A stretch of DNA of 64,000 nucleotides from NCBI RefSeq assembly GCF_006345805.1, contig NC_043004.1, positions 24,180,001 through 24,244,000 on the forward strand, read 5' to 3'. A model generated the notes under the pieces. The model was not told where the DNA came from. It did not search any database and saw only the letters and a list, made by a program, of their open reading frames with translations. Of this stretch, positions 1 through 12,400 are shown in pieces. The translations under genes and the position numbers were made by a program. Each line of letters opens with the position of its first letter. The stretch's first letter is position 1. This DNA comes from Octopus sinensis (lineage: Eukaryota).

Positions 1-292
1 GTAGAATGATGACGTATAAAGTGAAGTTAAACTATTATATCAACGATTTTTTAAATCCTTTTCTCGTCCATTTTTTTCTTAGCGGAGTCCACTCCCTCGC
101 GAATATTTGACCAAGCTATCCATTCAAACGATAATTTACTCTTTTTGTCCCAAAAGTTTCAGAAACCTTGAAAGGCTCATGTGCACAAACGTCCCGCTTC
201 TAGCTCAGCCATATCGTATCGATTAACCTGAGGAGCTAGAGGAACATATTTTGACTGAATCAATGTGAAGCGAAGAGTGGATTTTGATCGTC

Positions 293-358
293 CTAGGCTA
301 TTATGTATATATTATGTTTTATGTACTAGGCTATTATGTATGTATTATGTTTTATGTA
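293..358. repeat. Two tandem copies of a 33-bp unit
   Basis: ctaggctattatgtatatattatgttttatgta (293-325) and ctaggctattatgtatgtattatgttttatgta (326-358), 1 mismatch. Confidence 0.9.
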
Positions 359-1280
359 TGGTTCGCTGTGTCACCGAAGAACATCTACTGTCACTCTACA
401 GCCAAGAGACTAGTGATATCACTCCATCAGATAGGTTGCAGAAAAATTAAAACATTACTAAACTATAATCACGAGACCATCAGTAACTTCATACCGCTCG
501 TCTCAATCATTGCAAAGACTAATGATGAAATTATTATCATTTCTGTTGACTTCATTGTGATCATTAATATTATTATCGGTTTCATCATTATTTATATTAC
601 CGTTATTGTGATTGATCTGGTTGTTGCTGCTATTCTTGTGTTTGTTCTTGTTATTTTCTTTCCATCTCAGTTTGTTCGTCCTTCTCTTAGAGGACAGCAA
701 TCACTCTAATAATAGATGGACATAAAAATATCTAAACTTGGTGTGCACGCAAATTTGGCTAATTACATTTCATAACAGTATTGCTGCATAATCTTATCAA
801 ACATAAAAGAAACTTTTGATTTCTTTACGAAGTACAATATGAATGAAACATGAAAACACACACGAACACATGCGCGCGCACACACACACGCGTGTGCGCA
901 TCATATATCCAATTAAGATTGATTATAGTTTTATCAATTCCATTCCATCCTATAGCGCAGAGACGAAACGCATACACGTATCGCTGAAGACTTGCGTCAT
1001 ATTTCTGTTTTGGGAAGAATTAAGTATTCAGTCGTGGATATTTGTTAGAAGAAGGTGTCTAGATCAATACAGATCAAATACAACTTGCATGTCGTCATAC
1101 ATGCATATTATGACGGCAATAATTGGAGACCGCTGAATGAGACAAAGGAAAGAGACACGAGGTGTTTTATATCGTGTAAGTTTTGCGTTTGACACCACTG
1201 ATTTCAAATTGCATTGGGATCGGCTATACGGTATATCAAGAGGAAATTTACGATGAAATATCATTAATATAGAATTATGC

Positions 1281-1735
1281 GTGGATGTGTGGTAAGAAGT
1301 TTTCTTCCCAATCACATGATTCCGAGTTCAGTTTCCCAGTGTTTCACAGTTTGAGCAGGTGTCTTCGGACAGAAATAAACCCATCGCATATACATGCACA
1401 GATACATGTGTGCATGTGCGTGTGTGCTTGTGTTTGTGTGTATGTATGCGTGTGTGTGTGTGTGTGTGTATGTGTGTGTGTGTGTGCGTGCGTGTGTGAG
1501 TGATTTTGTGCGCGCGTGCGCATTTCTATGTCTACATTTCTCCCCCACCGCTGCTTCACAACCGTTACGCTGTCGTTTATGTTCCCATAAATTTGCGGTC
1601 TCGCAAAAGAGCCAGATGGAATAAGTACCACGCTTTAAAAAATGAAGATCGATTCGTTCGACTAAATCATTTCAAGGCTGTATACCATTATGGTTGCAGT
1701 TCAATGACTGAAAAAAGTAAAAGACAAAAACATAG
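1281..1735 (+). mobile_element. Decayed SINE family A (tRNA head, CORE-like domain, internal microsatellite, 3' body)
   Basis: Head gtgtggtaagaag...gagttcagt, internal (TG)n at ~1400-1500, 3' body ...gcaaaagagccagatggaataagtacc...gactgaaaaaagtaaaag; homologous to the well-preserved copy at 22636. Confidence 0.7.
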
Positions 1736-3662
1736 AAAATAAAAGAAAACTATAAAGGAAGCTACAGGGAATGTTGGTTCTCTCTGGGGCTTCCTCTGCT
1801 TTTCTTCTTTGGGTTTAAATGGACGTGCAATAAAATGTTCCACTTAGTAACACACAAACAATATTACTGTACAGTCAGATATATTCGTCATAACTATGTG
1901 ATGTTTCTATAAGATCAGAACTGTTTTTCCTTACAGATGACGTTTGTAAATAATGTGTCATATATATCTCACAGAGCAATCATATATACATAATAGATAT
2001 TTAGGCAGATGTAAAAGTAATAATTTTACATACTAAGGCAATGAATGTATGTACAATATATATTAAGCAATGTATATACTATACTTTATTACGCACGTTA
2101 AAGCAATATACGTGTACATAAAACAATATATGAATTCATTCATAATGTATTAAGGCAATGTACGGTCGGTGCCAAAGAAGAAAAACATGTACAATATTAA
2201 ACATGGTAATTATCCAGACAACGAGAGAGGTTCTATGTGGTTACCTAAGTTGCTAGAAATAATAGCCCGTTCTCCGTCGAATCATATTCTGTCAACTTTA
2301 AAACGGAATATAATAGTGAAAAATTCAGTACTAAATATTCGATATCTGCAAGAATGGGTGGGGGGCACCTAAAAGTGGAATTCATTAAATCATAATCTTA
2401 GGTTTCGGTTTGATCCGAGGTTAACCATCAGCACCACCACTACGAACACAACCACAAACACCACCACCACCACCACAACCACTACCACCACCAACAACAA
2501 CAACAAGAACATGATGTTTCCTCGACCTAAATTTCAGAGTCAAAATATGGATAAAATATGTATGTAACTGCGTAAAATAGAAAAATATATCACTTGGACA
2601 TACCCTGTCTTATGAGCTACAATAAATTTTCTCATCTAAAGCATATGTGCATGTGTTTGTGTGTGTGTGTGTGTGCAAGATGATTGTAGGTAGTATGTAT
2701 ATGTGAATGTATGCATATATATTGATCTCTCCGTACTTGAAAAAAGGTAAGCTTTGGCGAAAGGAAAGTAAAGAGGAATTAAACAATCGTAAAATTTAAA
2801 AAGAAAACAAAAAGGCATCATAGAGAGAGAGGGATAGATAAGGCCGGTCGATAGGATACCGTGGGTTTCATGTCCATAAAGCGTTTAGCTTTACAGCGTA
2901 TCTTCAGACCTCGAAACCTGTTGGCACGCTTGTGTAGAGCCTACCACACATTCCTGGAAATGCTAATAGTAAAGACCTGACGAAAAAGTTGCTTTAAACT
3001 CAATAAAAAAATATTCCTCATGCTTTTATATAAGAATTCTCCACCTCCTAGATCAGTTGCCTTCGCCACGGCTTAATGCGCACAAAGATTACGCGCTTGC
3101 TCGTAGCTGAAGCCATTCCATGGGAAACAACTCTTCTTTCATCATTTCGCATCCCAGTGACGCAAAACTTTTCAATGTTTCGCTCCACATTTGACCAAGA
3201 CAAACATAAATCTATCTACAGTCAGCATAAACGAAGTCGTGCCCTTCTGGACAAAGGATTTGAAGAGTCATTGTTACTGCCGCGTGGAAATATCAGCGAG
3301 AAATCGGTAGTACCAGCTCAAGAATAAATAGAAGATACAATACAGATAAATAGATGATACGATTTATAAGGAGACCACATGTCGTTTTAATAGCAAAGAA
3401 CATAAATACTCCATATAAAAATGTAATTTAATATTTGGAGTACTAAGTTCTGTGTTACCACGAGAAGAAATATATCTAAAATTATTTAGCAGCTGAACTA
3501 GAAATACATGCTTGAAAGACTCCAATAGTTCGTTTAGTGTTTCCTCAATTATACCTACATACATACATATATACATAAAACCTTTCCTCAATTATATCTA
3601 CATACGTACATACATACATGCATACATACATACATACATACATACATACATACATACATACA

Positions 3663-3695
<33 letters not shown>

Positions 3696-3850
3696 GTCTG
3701 TGTGTGTGTATTCATATGTGAGTGTGTGCGTGTGGGTATATATAAATGTGGATATAAAAGTAAGGACACAATATTTATTTGTAATATGTATATATGCGTA
3801 TATGTTTGTATGCATATATGTATATATATATACATATATATCTATAGGCT

Positions 3851-3952
3851 CGAAACCTTAAAGACTTTTTCACTTCCCGACCGTTAAACTAATACATCTG
3901 TTGCTTGTCTACACCGCCTGTCTTCGTCTTTTGCTTTCTTTTGTGAATTCTC

Positions 3953-3958
<6 letters not shown>
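3851..3958 (+). mobile_element. Possible 3' terminal remnant of a Penelope-like element, ending in a (TA)n tract
   Basis: Starts with cgaaac (resembles the 3' half of a hammerhead/PLE box), then a pyrimidine-rich tail abutting (TA)n 3959-4014. Family assignment is from recalled resemblance only. Confidence 0.3.
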
Positions 3959-4020
<62 letters not shown>

Positions 4021-4097
4021 AAATTCAGGGTGAATACTTGATAACAGTAAGCACCTGTATACGCCACTTAGTGGTGTAGGTGGTAGGGTATATTAAA

Positions 4098-4439
4098 CAA
4101 AAGAAAAACAGGATGCAAAGGATTTAGCGGTACATATGTTTTCTGGCTTTATTAGACAGTTTATATCAATGCATAATTGATGTAATATGTAGGTCAATAG
4201 CCTACTTCAGCCGCGCAAAATTACCACACCAAAGAACTTATTACATTATAAATTTGGGAAGCAAATTTTGGGATTTGCTCCCAAACTTATAATGTAATAA
4301 ATCTTTTGTGTGTGGTTAATTGTGCGCGGCTGAAGTAGGCTATTGACATACATATTACATCAATATGCATTGATATAAACTGTCTAATAAAGCCAGAAAC
4401 ATATGTACCGCTAATCCTTTGCATCCTGTTTTTCTTTTG
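4098..4439. repeat. Long foldback palindrome, arms ~168 bp, 6-nt loop
   Basis: 4098-4266 is the reverse complement of 4273-4439 (~93%); loop tttggg at 4267-4272. Confidence 0.95.
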
Positions 4440-4574
4440 ATAAATATATATATATGTATCCACACACAAATGCATACACATATATACGCACATACATGTA
4501 TATAACCTCATGTTATGCGCGCGTGAGTAAGCGTGTTGTGTTTGCGTATATGTGTGCGTGAGTAATTGTGCACG

Positions 4575-4605
<31 letters not shown>

Positions 4606-5135
4606 TGTGTGTGTGCGTGCGTGCGTGTATGTGCGCGTCTTTGTGTCTAGATATTGGTTTACGTTTGACAGTGATCAAGCTGTTCTGAGATGGCGAATCA
4701 AAGAACAAATTTGAAAAAAATGTTAACAGGGCTATTATTCGTATTCAGTATTTTAAGTAGCGTGTGTTGTAGACGTTCCTTGCATATAGAGTAGAGGAGT
4801 CCAAATTGTTTACATTTCCTAAGTTTGTCGTATTTCTCTCTTACTTTACTCCAGGCTAACTTTTTCGCCTCGTGACACCATTGCGATGATAACGCCTTTT
4901 CCTTGCTTAGAATATTAGTTTACTGGGTTATAATAACCCAGCAAATCAATTCGTCAAAATACTTTCTATTAGACATCCTTCTTGTTCGCACTGACCGCCA
5001 AAAATAATTACCATACCATTTAACCGTTTATCCAAAACTTTCTTCATTGATATGTCATGTGAGGACAACTTGTCTTGTGTGAAAAGTAATGAAATTGCTA
5101 TATATATATATCTGTCAATCGATCTATCTATCTGG

Positions 5136-5195
<60 letters not shown>

Positions 5196-5208
5196 CGCTA
5201 ATTGGATT

Positions 5209-5597
5209 GTTATAATGGCAAGATATTTGTCATGCCAACAACAAATGTGTATTCAAGTCTTACGAAGAACCTTCAACTTTTTCCATGAAAAGAAGGGCCA
5301 TAACCCAATATTTGTAAGCCAGATTTAACTATCCTGCATACTATAAGGGAAAACTTTATATGTATGTATATGCATGAATGTATATGCATGTATGTATGTA
5401 TGTATCTCTTTATCTCTCTCTCTCTTTCCATATACAGAGAGAAAAAGGGAATACATACATACACACGTACAATATTTTCCCTTATCTTGCGTGAAAATAT
5501 TGAGCTATGAATCTCCTTTTCATGGAAAAAGTTGAAGGTTGTTCGTAGCACCCGAACACATCTGTTGTAAATAAGACTAACGTAGTACCATTATAAC
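5209..5597. repeat. Decayed foldback or inverted repeat with a microsatellite-containing centre
   Basis: gttataatgg...aaccttcaactttttccatgaaaag (left) pairs with cttttcatggaaaaagttgaaggtt...ccattataac (right); 25-bp perfect core, ~75% overall; ataagggaaaa/ttttcccttat extends the pairing inward. Confidence 0.85.
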
Positions 5598-7180
5598 AAG
5601 CAAATCATTTCTCCAACTATCTATGAAGCCTTGTTCTTAGTAGCGAAAATTCCTTAATCAGGCGGAAAAGATGCGATGTATGCATAGAAGAAATATTCCA
5701 TATTTTCACATCTAAACACTAATTGCTTAATGTTAGGCAAGAACAGACTCTAAGATATTCTCACCTTTACAGAAGGGCATTCAAATACTTCCATAGAAAG
5801 GATTTTTAAGTAAGTATGCACCACATAATTAGGAGATACATGGGTTTAAACGGTCAGTGTAATAGCTAGTTTGCCTCTATCAAGTAATAATCGGTATTCT
5901 CCCTACATAAAACTACATATTTGAAAATCTTTGCAAATCATATGGGACGAAAAATGTACATGTAATTTAAAACTCGATTTATTCAAACGGAAAAATAGAA
6001 TTGGCCTCTCCAGTAAGTTCTACATATCTCATATATCCGAATACTCACTAATTCCTAATCCACTTAAGGCTAATGTGTTCTAAATATATATACGTTGACT
6101 TTTTACCTGTCTAATATTATATATTCGAATTTCAAATCTAGGATCAGTATAGGATCAAACTTATAGCGTTTTTTATGGACTTATCAACTTTCCAAATCTT
6201 CCTTGCAATGCTAGCTAAACATACATACACTTAGATCGCTTGAGATCACGTTCGTGGATCAACTTTGAATAAAGTTGCGTAGATTAATAACTGTCGAAAT
6301 TAATTGGATTCAATTGTCTATGTAGCAGAAACGTGCGTCGGATACATTAAATCAACATGCTCAATAATTGACTGTAGAAAGAAAATAAATATGCCGATGT
6401 ACTAATCTCAGTAGTCATTGTAAGGTCATATATATAATATATATATATATATATATAATATATATATAATATATATATATATATTATATATACAGAGAGA
6501 GAGAGAGAGAGAGAGATTAGGTAGATCGATATTAATGTTTGTTTTTATGCTCAGTCATAACATTTTTACATTAATCTGATGAGTTTCTCTTCATACATTG
6601 TAGAGTGCATATTTTAGAATAAGTATTCGGTTAAGTAGAATAGCTTGGAAATGTTTGTAGGATACAGACGAATTCATTTTTAAATTTATTGTTTAAGTTC
6701 CATGAAATATGAACTCATAACTTTTAATGTGAATTTACATCCGAACACCATGTTTTGGTGATGAATTTAATTTGGTTCTTACATATAATCCTTCACGGAG
6801 ATAACGCTATCACCTGGCAAATAGGAATGTTTAACGGAGTCGGCTTTATGAGAAGTATTCTGGACACGTTTCCAATCTGAAGATATCTTCCACACTTGCC
6901 TCCCACTCACTAGTCTCTGAGACTCTATAAATGATTGACGAGCGTGTACACTTTCTGTATAAATATTAAAACGCCTCCGACTTTCCTTCACTCTGTTTTA
7001 TTTCTTGTCATTATTATAGCTCATATTATTCTAAATAATTTCTTACTCATGTCAATGTTTGAAAAAATCCAATACATTCACTATTCAAGAAAATTATATA
7101 CATACACAGCTAAAAACTTTGAATATTATTTGTTTTCACGAACAGGAAAATCTAATCAAATACATATTTATATATACACT

Positions 7181-7560
7181 CAGGCGTGCCTGTGCGGTAA
7201 AAAGCTTGCTTCGCAACCACAGGGTGCCAGGTTCAGTCCCATTGAGTGGTACTTGAACTTTCTTCTAATATAACCTCAAGCCAACCAAAGCCTTGTGAAT
7301 GAATTTGGTAGACGAAAACCGAAACCAGGCCGTTTTATGATACAGACATATGTGTGTGTGTGCGTGTGTGTTTGTCCCCCCGCCACCGCTTGACAACTGG
7401 TGTTGGTGAGCTTATGTCCTCGTAACGTAGCAGTTCGGCAAAAGAGAACCGATAGAATAAGTGCCGGGTTAAAAGAATAAGTACTGCAATCGATTCATTC
7501 CACTGAAGTTCTTCAAATGCTCCAGCATGGCTGTAATTTCGTGACAGAAACCAGTAAAAT
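7181..7560 (+). mobile_element. SINE family A, full length
   Basis: Head gtgcggtaaaaagcttgc...ggttcagtccc, ccaaagccttgtgaatgaatttggtagacg, internal (TG)n, 3' body ending gaaaccagtaaaa. Confidence 0.8.
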
Positions 7561-7567
7561 TTTATAT

Positions 7568-7604
<37 letters not shown>

Positions 7605-7611
7605 ATGTGTA

Positions 7612-7694
<83 letters not shown>

Positions 7695-7995
7695 TTACGT
7701 GTATGGGTGTAGATTCTGTACAGCATTAAATACGTATACACACGCTTGTACACATTGCGGGACAATGATATAATTGTAGTTTCGTCCATGTTATAAATAA
7801 TCATGAATTCGTGCTAAGCTGTAAGGTCAAATATATTGGAATGTGACACGTCGAGAACTCAACACTCTTTACTCCCTGCTTATCTATCTGGCTACGTTGT
7901 ACCTCTCTTACTTTCTTGCTTTCTCAATGTATGTGCCTCTGTGTGTCTGTGAAAGTGTGTGTCTGTGTGTCTGTGAAAGTGTGTGTCTGAGTGTG

Positions 7996-8063
<68 letters not shown>

Positions 8064-8168
8064 CAGATAGATAGACAGATAGATAGACAGATAGATAGAT
8101 AGATAAACAGATAGATAGACAGATAGATAGACAGATAGATAGACAGAGAGATTGACAGATAGATTGAC

Positions 8169-8201
<33 letters not shown>

Positions 8202-8220
8202 TACAGACAGACAGACAGAC

Positions 8221-8288
<68 letters not shown>

Positions 8289-8289
8289 C
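7996..8289. repeat. (TAGA)n/(CAGA)n compound microsatellite
   Basis: Direct reading; source of the spurious IYLS/VCLS ORFs. Confidence 0.95.
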
Positions 8290-8799
8290 ATTCTCTTCTC
8301 TCTTTTTAACTTTTTCCTCGTTTCTATCATTCTACCTCTCTCTCTCTCTATCTATCTATCTCCCTCTTTCTCTGTCACAGTCAATTTCGTTATTAACCAT
8401 GAGGTTGAGAAAAAGAGGGGACGATTCGAGGATAGACAAAACATGAGACGATCTGTATCACACATTAATGTACACATCCAGTCAAATATTTAAGAATATA
8501 CTTATGTATGCGCGCGCTGTTTGTAAGTCATTTTTTTTTTTTACTTTTTCACTTTGTCGAATTTTTTACTTTGTACTGGGAAAAAATGGATGCATGCATG
8601 TTCTCGCCTACACTCAGACATAAACACATACATACACGTCTCACACCTACAGAAACACACGCAAACACAAGCATACACACATGTAATATTTCTCTATTCC
8701 TCTTCGCCACTGATCTATAATTTGCTAGCAATAAATGAACCAATGGATACCTTCAATAATTTCGGTCTACAAATAATTATCGATTTCAAATTTTGACAC

Positions 8800-8997
8800 A
8801 AGACCAGCAATTTCGAATGCAGGTGGTAAGACGATTATATTGATCCCAGTGCTCAACTGGTACTTCTTTTATCATCCCTGAAAAGATGCAAGGACATGTC
8901 GACCTCGGCAGAATTTCAACTCAGAAAGTAAAGACAGACGAAATGCCGATAAGCATTTTACCCGGCGTGCTAACGATTCTGCCTGATCGTTACCTTC
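8800..8997 (-). mobile_element. SINE family C (tRNA-like head plus GCCTTTCATCCTTTCGGGGTCGAT core)
   Basis: gtcgacctcggcagaatttcaactcagaa...cccggcgtgctaacgattctgcc matches the other C copies (14935, 45300, 53200). Confidence 0.8.
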
Positions 8998-10089
8998 GAC
9001 CTACAAATGATTATTTCCAAAGAAGTTAATTCAGTGCATATTATCCTCAATTTAGCTAATATTCACAAAATCTTTAGTATTCTAAAAAAAAAAGCTCTCG
9101 TGTAATAATATACCTTATTGTCCTCCATCCAAGGTGTGTTAATAATGTGGCATCATACTTTTATTAGAGCTCTACAATTTAGTTCAAAAATAAAATCATT
9201 TACACTACATACTACTTTTCCTGTTTTTCCGAACCAAGATTCGGTGCAACATCTAGATCACACATCATTTCCTATTTACGCCAAGATAAGATTATGTTGA
9301 AAATGTCCTAACTTACATTGAAAAGCATTTCCTTGTTAACCTGTAAATACAGAAAATTCTTTCAATACTAAACAAAGTTGAAGTTGCATTACTAATATGA
9401 AGAATTTAATAAAATGTGACCCTATTCAAATGAGAGCATATGAAGAAATACAAGCAGAGGACCTTGAATCACTCCAGTATTTGCCGAATAGAAGCACAAA
9501 TTCCCATCACCAAACCAAACTTTGATGCGGCTTGTAAATATTCTACATGTATGGCGGAGAATAAATTTAATCAGCAGTTCTTCTCTATGTTAATTCAAAG
9601 AAAGAATTGACTGTCACGTCAAATTTCACATACATGATAACAGATAATGTAAAAAATATTCAAATTTAGTTGAGTTCTCGCCTTATTTGTTGCTGGTGAT
9701 GAAAAGCATTCTATCCATGCTGTCGTTTTAATATTTCAAAGACTACTTTATGTAGTGTATTATTTCTTCATTTTATACATCAAAGCGCTAAATTGAGGAT
9801 AATTCGGCTGCTATTTCTGGAAAACCAAACAGATTCTTGGCTCCCCCCTCATAAATTGCGTAAGTCAATGAATAAAATACGAATTACATAGGTCTGCAAA
9901 ACGAAACATTTTGAAAATTGTTTTGATAGTTGTATGTCCCTTTGTATACCACAGTGGTGTTAATTCAAAATATCAAAATTGCTCCTAACCATGCCTAAGA
10001 TTTTCTCAAAGTATAATCATAAAATATACTATAATTTGTAGCTAAATCCACATATGGTATGAAAAAATGAAACAAATAAAAACGAGTTT

Positions 10090-10708
10090 TACCTTTTGAC
10101 CGACAGATTTTAAAAATAATATTTTGCAACTAAACACTTTCAAAGTTCGGACACTGGTAGAATGTGTCATTATAACATCTTTTCCTCTTAGTAGTTTCGA
10201 TAAAAACTTACATTTACGAAGTTATTTCATGTTAAAGTTGTCCTATTTCGGTAATTTGAACCAATTAATGACGTATATTCAGATGAATAAAATTACTGCT
10301 GTTGGTTGTCAACAAGAACTTCCGGCGGTGTATATTTCGTTTATCACTATTATTTATGACAACCCTAACCCTAAAAGCCTAACACCCTAACCCTAAAGCC
10401 TTAAATCTAAAACCAGTACAAACGCACAAACGATGTCATAAATAACAGTGACAAATGAAAAATATACACCGCTGATAGTTGTTGTTGACAAACAACAGCA
10501 GTAATTTTATTCACCTGAATACACGTCATTGATTGGTTGAAATTACCGAAATAGGACAACTTTAACATGAAATAACTTCATAAATATAAATTTTTCACAA
10601 AAATACTAAGAGTAAAAGATATTTTATATGACACATTCTACCAGTGTTCGAAGTTTTAAAGTATTTAGTTACAAAAAATTATTTTTTAAATCTGTCGGTC
10701 AAAAGGTA
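10090..10708. mobile_element. MITE or foldback transposon with ~273-bp inverted arms and a 72-bp core containing CCCTAA repeats
   Basis: TA-CCTTTTGACCGACAG... (10090-10361) is the reverse complement of ...CTGTCGGTCAAAAGG-TA (10434-10708); TA at both ends (possible TSD); core has 4 exact CCCTAA units. Confidence 0.9.
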
Positions 10709-10830
10709 CATGCAATTGAAAGGTGGGGAAAATATTTTTACGCGGGTTTCTGTTTTGAGTTCAGCACCTCAAAATCTATTCATATTCACTTGGAAACTAC
10801 GCCAGAAACTCATTTGTGATTATTTAACGT

Positions 10831-12400
10831 TCATTTACAACGGAGCATCCAGCAGTAGTTGGCTCTCATATTTACATTCCATTTTCCATTTTCCCGTCTT
10901 TCCATCTCCTTTTATGCCTTGATGAAAACTTTCCTCCTGCTCCTCACTCATAACCACAGATTTTCCAGACAGAAATGCAAATGTGCATATAAGAAAATAA
11001 CTTTAATGCTTATTTTACATCATAAGGCCTCAAACTTTGTTAGATTTCTCCCTACTATGCCTTTGTAGTCTGGATACTTGTAATACTTTTCCTCACACCT
11101 TTGAAATTAATCCATGCATCTTTTTTGAGAATCACTAAGAGAGTTTTCAAGATTTTTATCCTTGAGTTTTCTTGTATCTTCAACCTAGGCGCCTGACAGA
11201 GCAGGAAACTTGCTAGTAAATATTTAAAGTCCTCTCCATCTTCTAGCGAGGCTTTTATGAATTGCTTCATGGGGTCAAGTTCTATATGTAGAGGAGGTAA
11301 AAGGTCCCTTCTCAGAACCAAACTTTTTCGAAAGATATTCTTTGTTTCTGGTGTAAGCAAACCACTACTTTGTCGTTTTTTAGAGAGAGAGATGTAGGTT
11401 CCTGGCTCTATTACTGCATTCTCACAAGAAACAAAGAAACTTTGTATAGCATGACTTTTGTCCAAGCAACATGAAAATTACATTCTAGTCGTTGCCAATC
11501 ATTCAATTGTGGTCTTTGAATTTAATCTTTTGTCAGAGTGACGCCAAATTTTCATAAGTTTCGTTCATGATCGCTGTATGTCCAACAGGGATAGAAGTAT
11601 ACCTATTACCATTATGCAGTTTCAGAAGAACAACTTTAAGATTTCTCTTTGAAGAGTTAAAAAGAATCTCTATTCATCAGGGCTGTAACTTATGTCAAAC
11701 TTTTCTATTGGTCCTGATCCTTCTCTATAATAAACCATTTTATTTTGGAGTCAAATTAGGAACAAATTCTTTTTCGCAATTACTATACCAATAGAATGAT
11801 GCACAAGCTACAACATTCTTCGATTTAAATCTAAAAACTAAATGCTCTGCTGACTTCTTTGCGAGCCCTAAATCCCTCCCTAGACCCTGTAATTCATACA
11901 GATTACTTAAGGTTCTTCATTTTCACTGTTGCTGAAGTCTCCATCGTCATTGTTAGTTGTGCCTTCTGACCACGTCGTGAAGACTCCTTGGTGATGATGC
12001 GATCGGAACGTCTGGTCCATGATGCAACAGATCACAATGTAAATGTTTTCCCACTCTTCAAATTGTGCTCCTGAACCTTGCATTAACAAAAGTAGCAGCC
12101 ATTACTATGATTTTTACTCTCTATCCATATCACTAGGACCAAAGAAACGAACAGTTTCTCTGTGTATTTTGTCCAGTGTCTTATTTCTTCAACACAAATT
12201 GAGCTGACCTAGTGAGGAGCCTGATTCCTATCTTGGTCTCCTAATTTCCCATCAAAGTAAGACTTCAAATTAGTGGAAGTCTCTAAAGAAAGGAGACAGG
12301 GATGTTTTTTTTTAACAGTATATATTTGATTTGCCAGACTTGTGTTATTGGAAAGGTAATTTGATGGCACATCGAATATTGTTCAGAGTTATATAACTCT
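10831..12400 (-). pseudogene. Chapaev3-like (CMC superfamily) DNA transposase pseudogene, near full length, many stops and frameshifts
   Basis: Manual translation gives motifs in the expected order: YFDGKLGDQDRNQAPH (~12212-12260), WIESKNHSNGCYFC (~12086-12127), HHGPDVP, GRDLGLAKKSAEHL..RFKSKN, NSSKRNLKVVLL..HNGNRYTSIPVGH, MLLGQKSCYTKFLCFL, LPPLHIELDPMKQFIK (~11250-11300), AWINFK, SEEQEESFHQ, MERR..GKWNVNM..NYCWML (~10840). Family name is from recalled Chapaev3 motifs. Termini not identified. Confidence 0.85.

Noticed and set aside
284-709. 141-aa hydrophobic ORF resembling a membrane protein
   Set aside because: It is made of a 33-bp tandem repeat plus decayed ATT/GTT trinucleotide low-complexity sequence.
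2854-2912. Minus-strand hammerhead ribozyme (CTGAAGA...GAAAC..GGTA)
   Set aside because: Stem II cannot close and the first pair of stem I is a mismatch; likely chance.
9950-9977. CACAGTG heptamer as an RSS or Transib/Chapaev terminus for the neighbouring transposase
   Set aside because: No nonamer match and no partner inverted terminus found beyond the ORF start.
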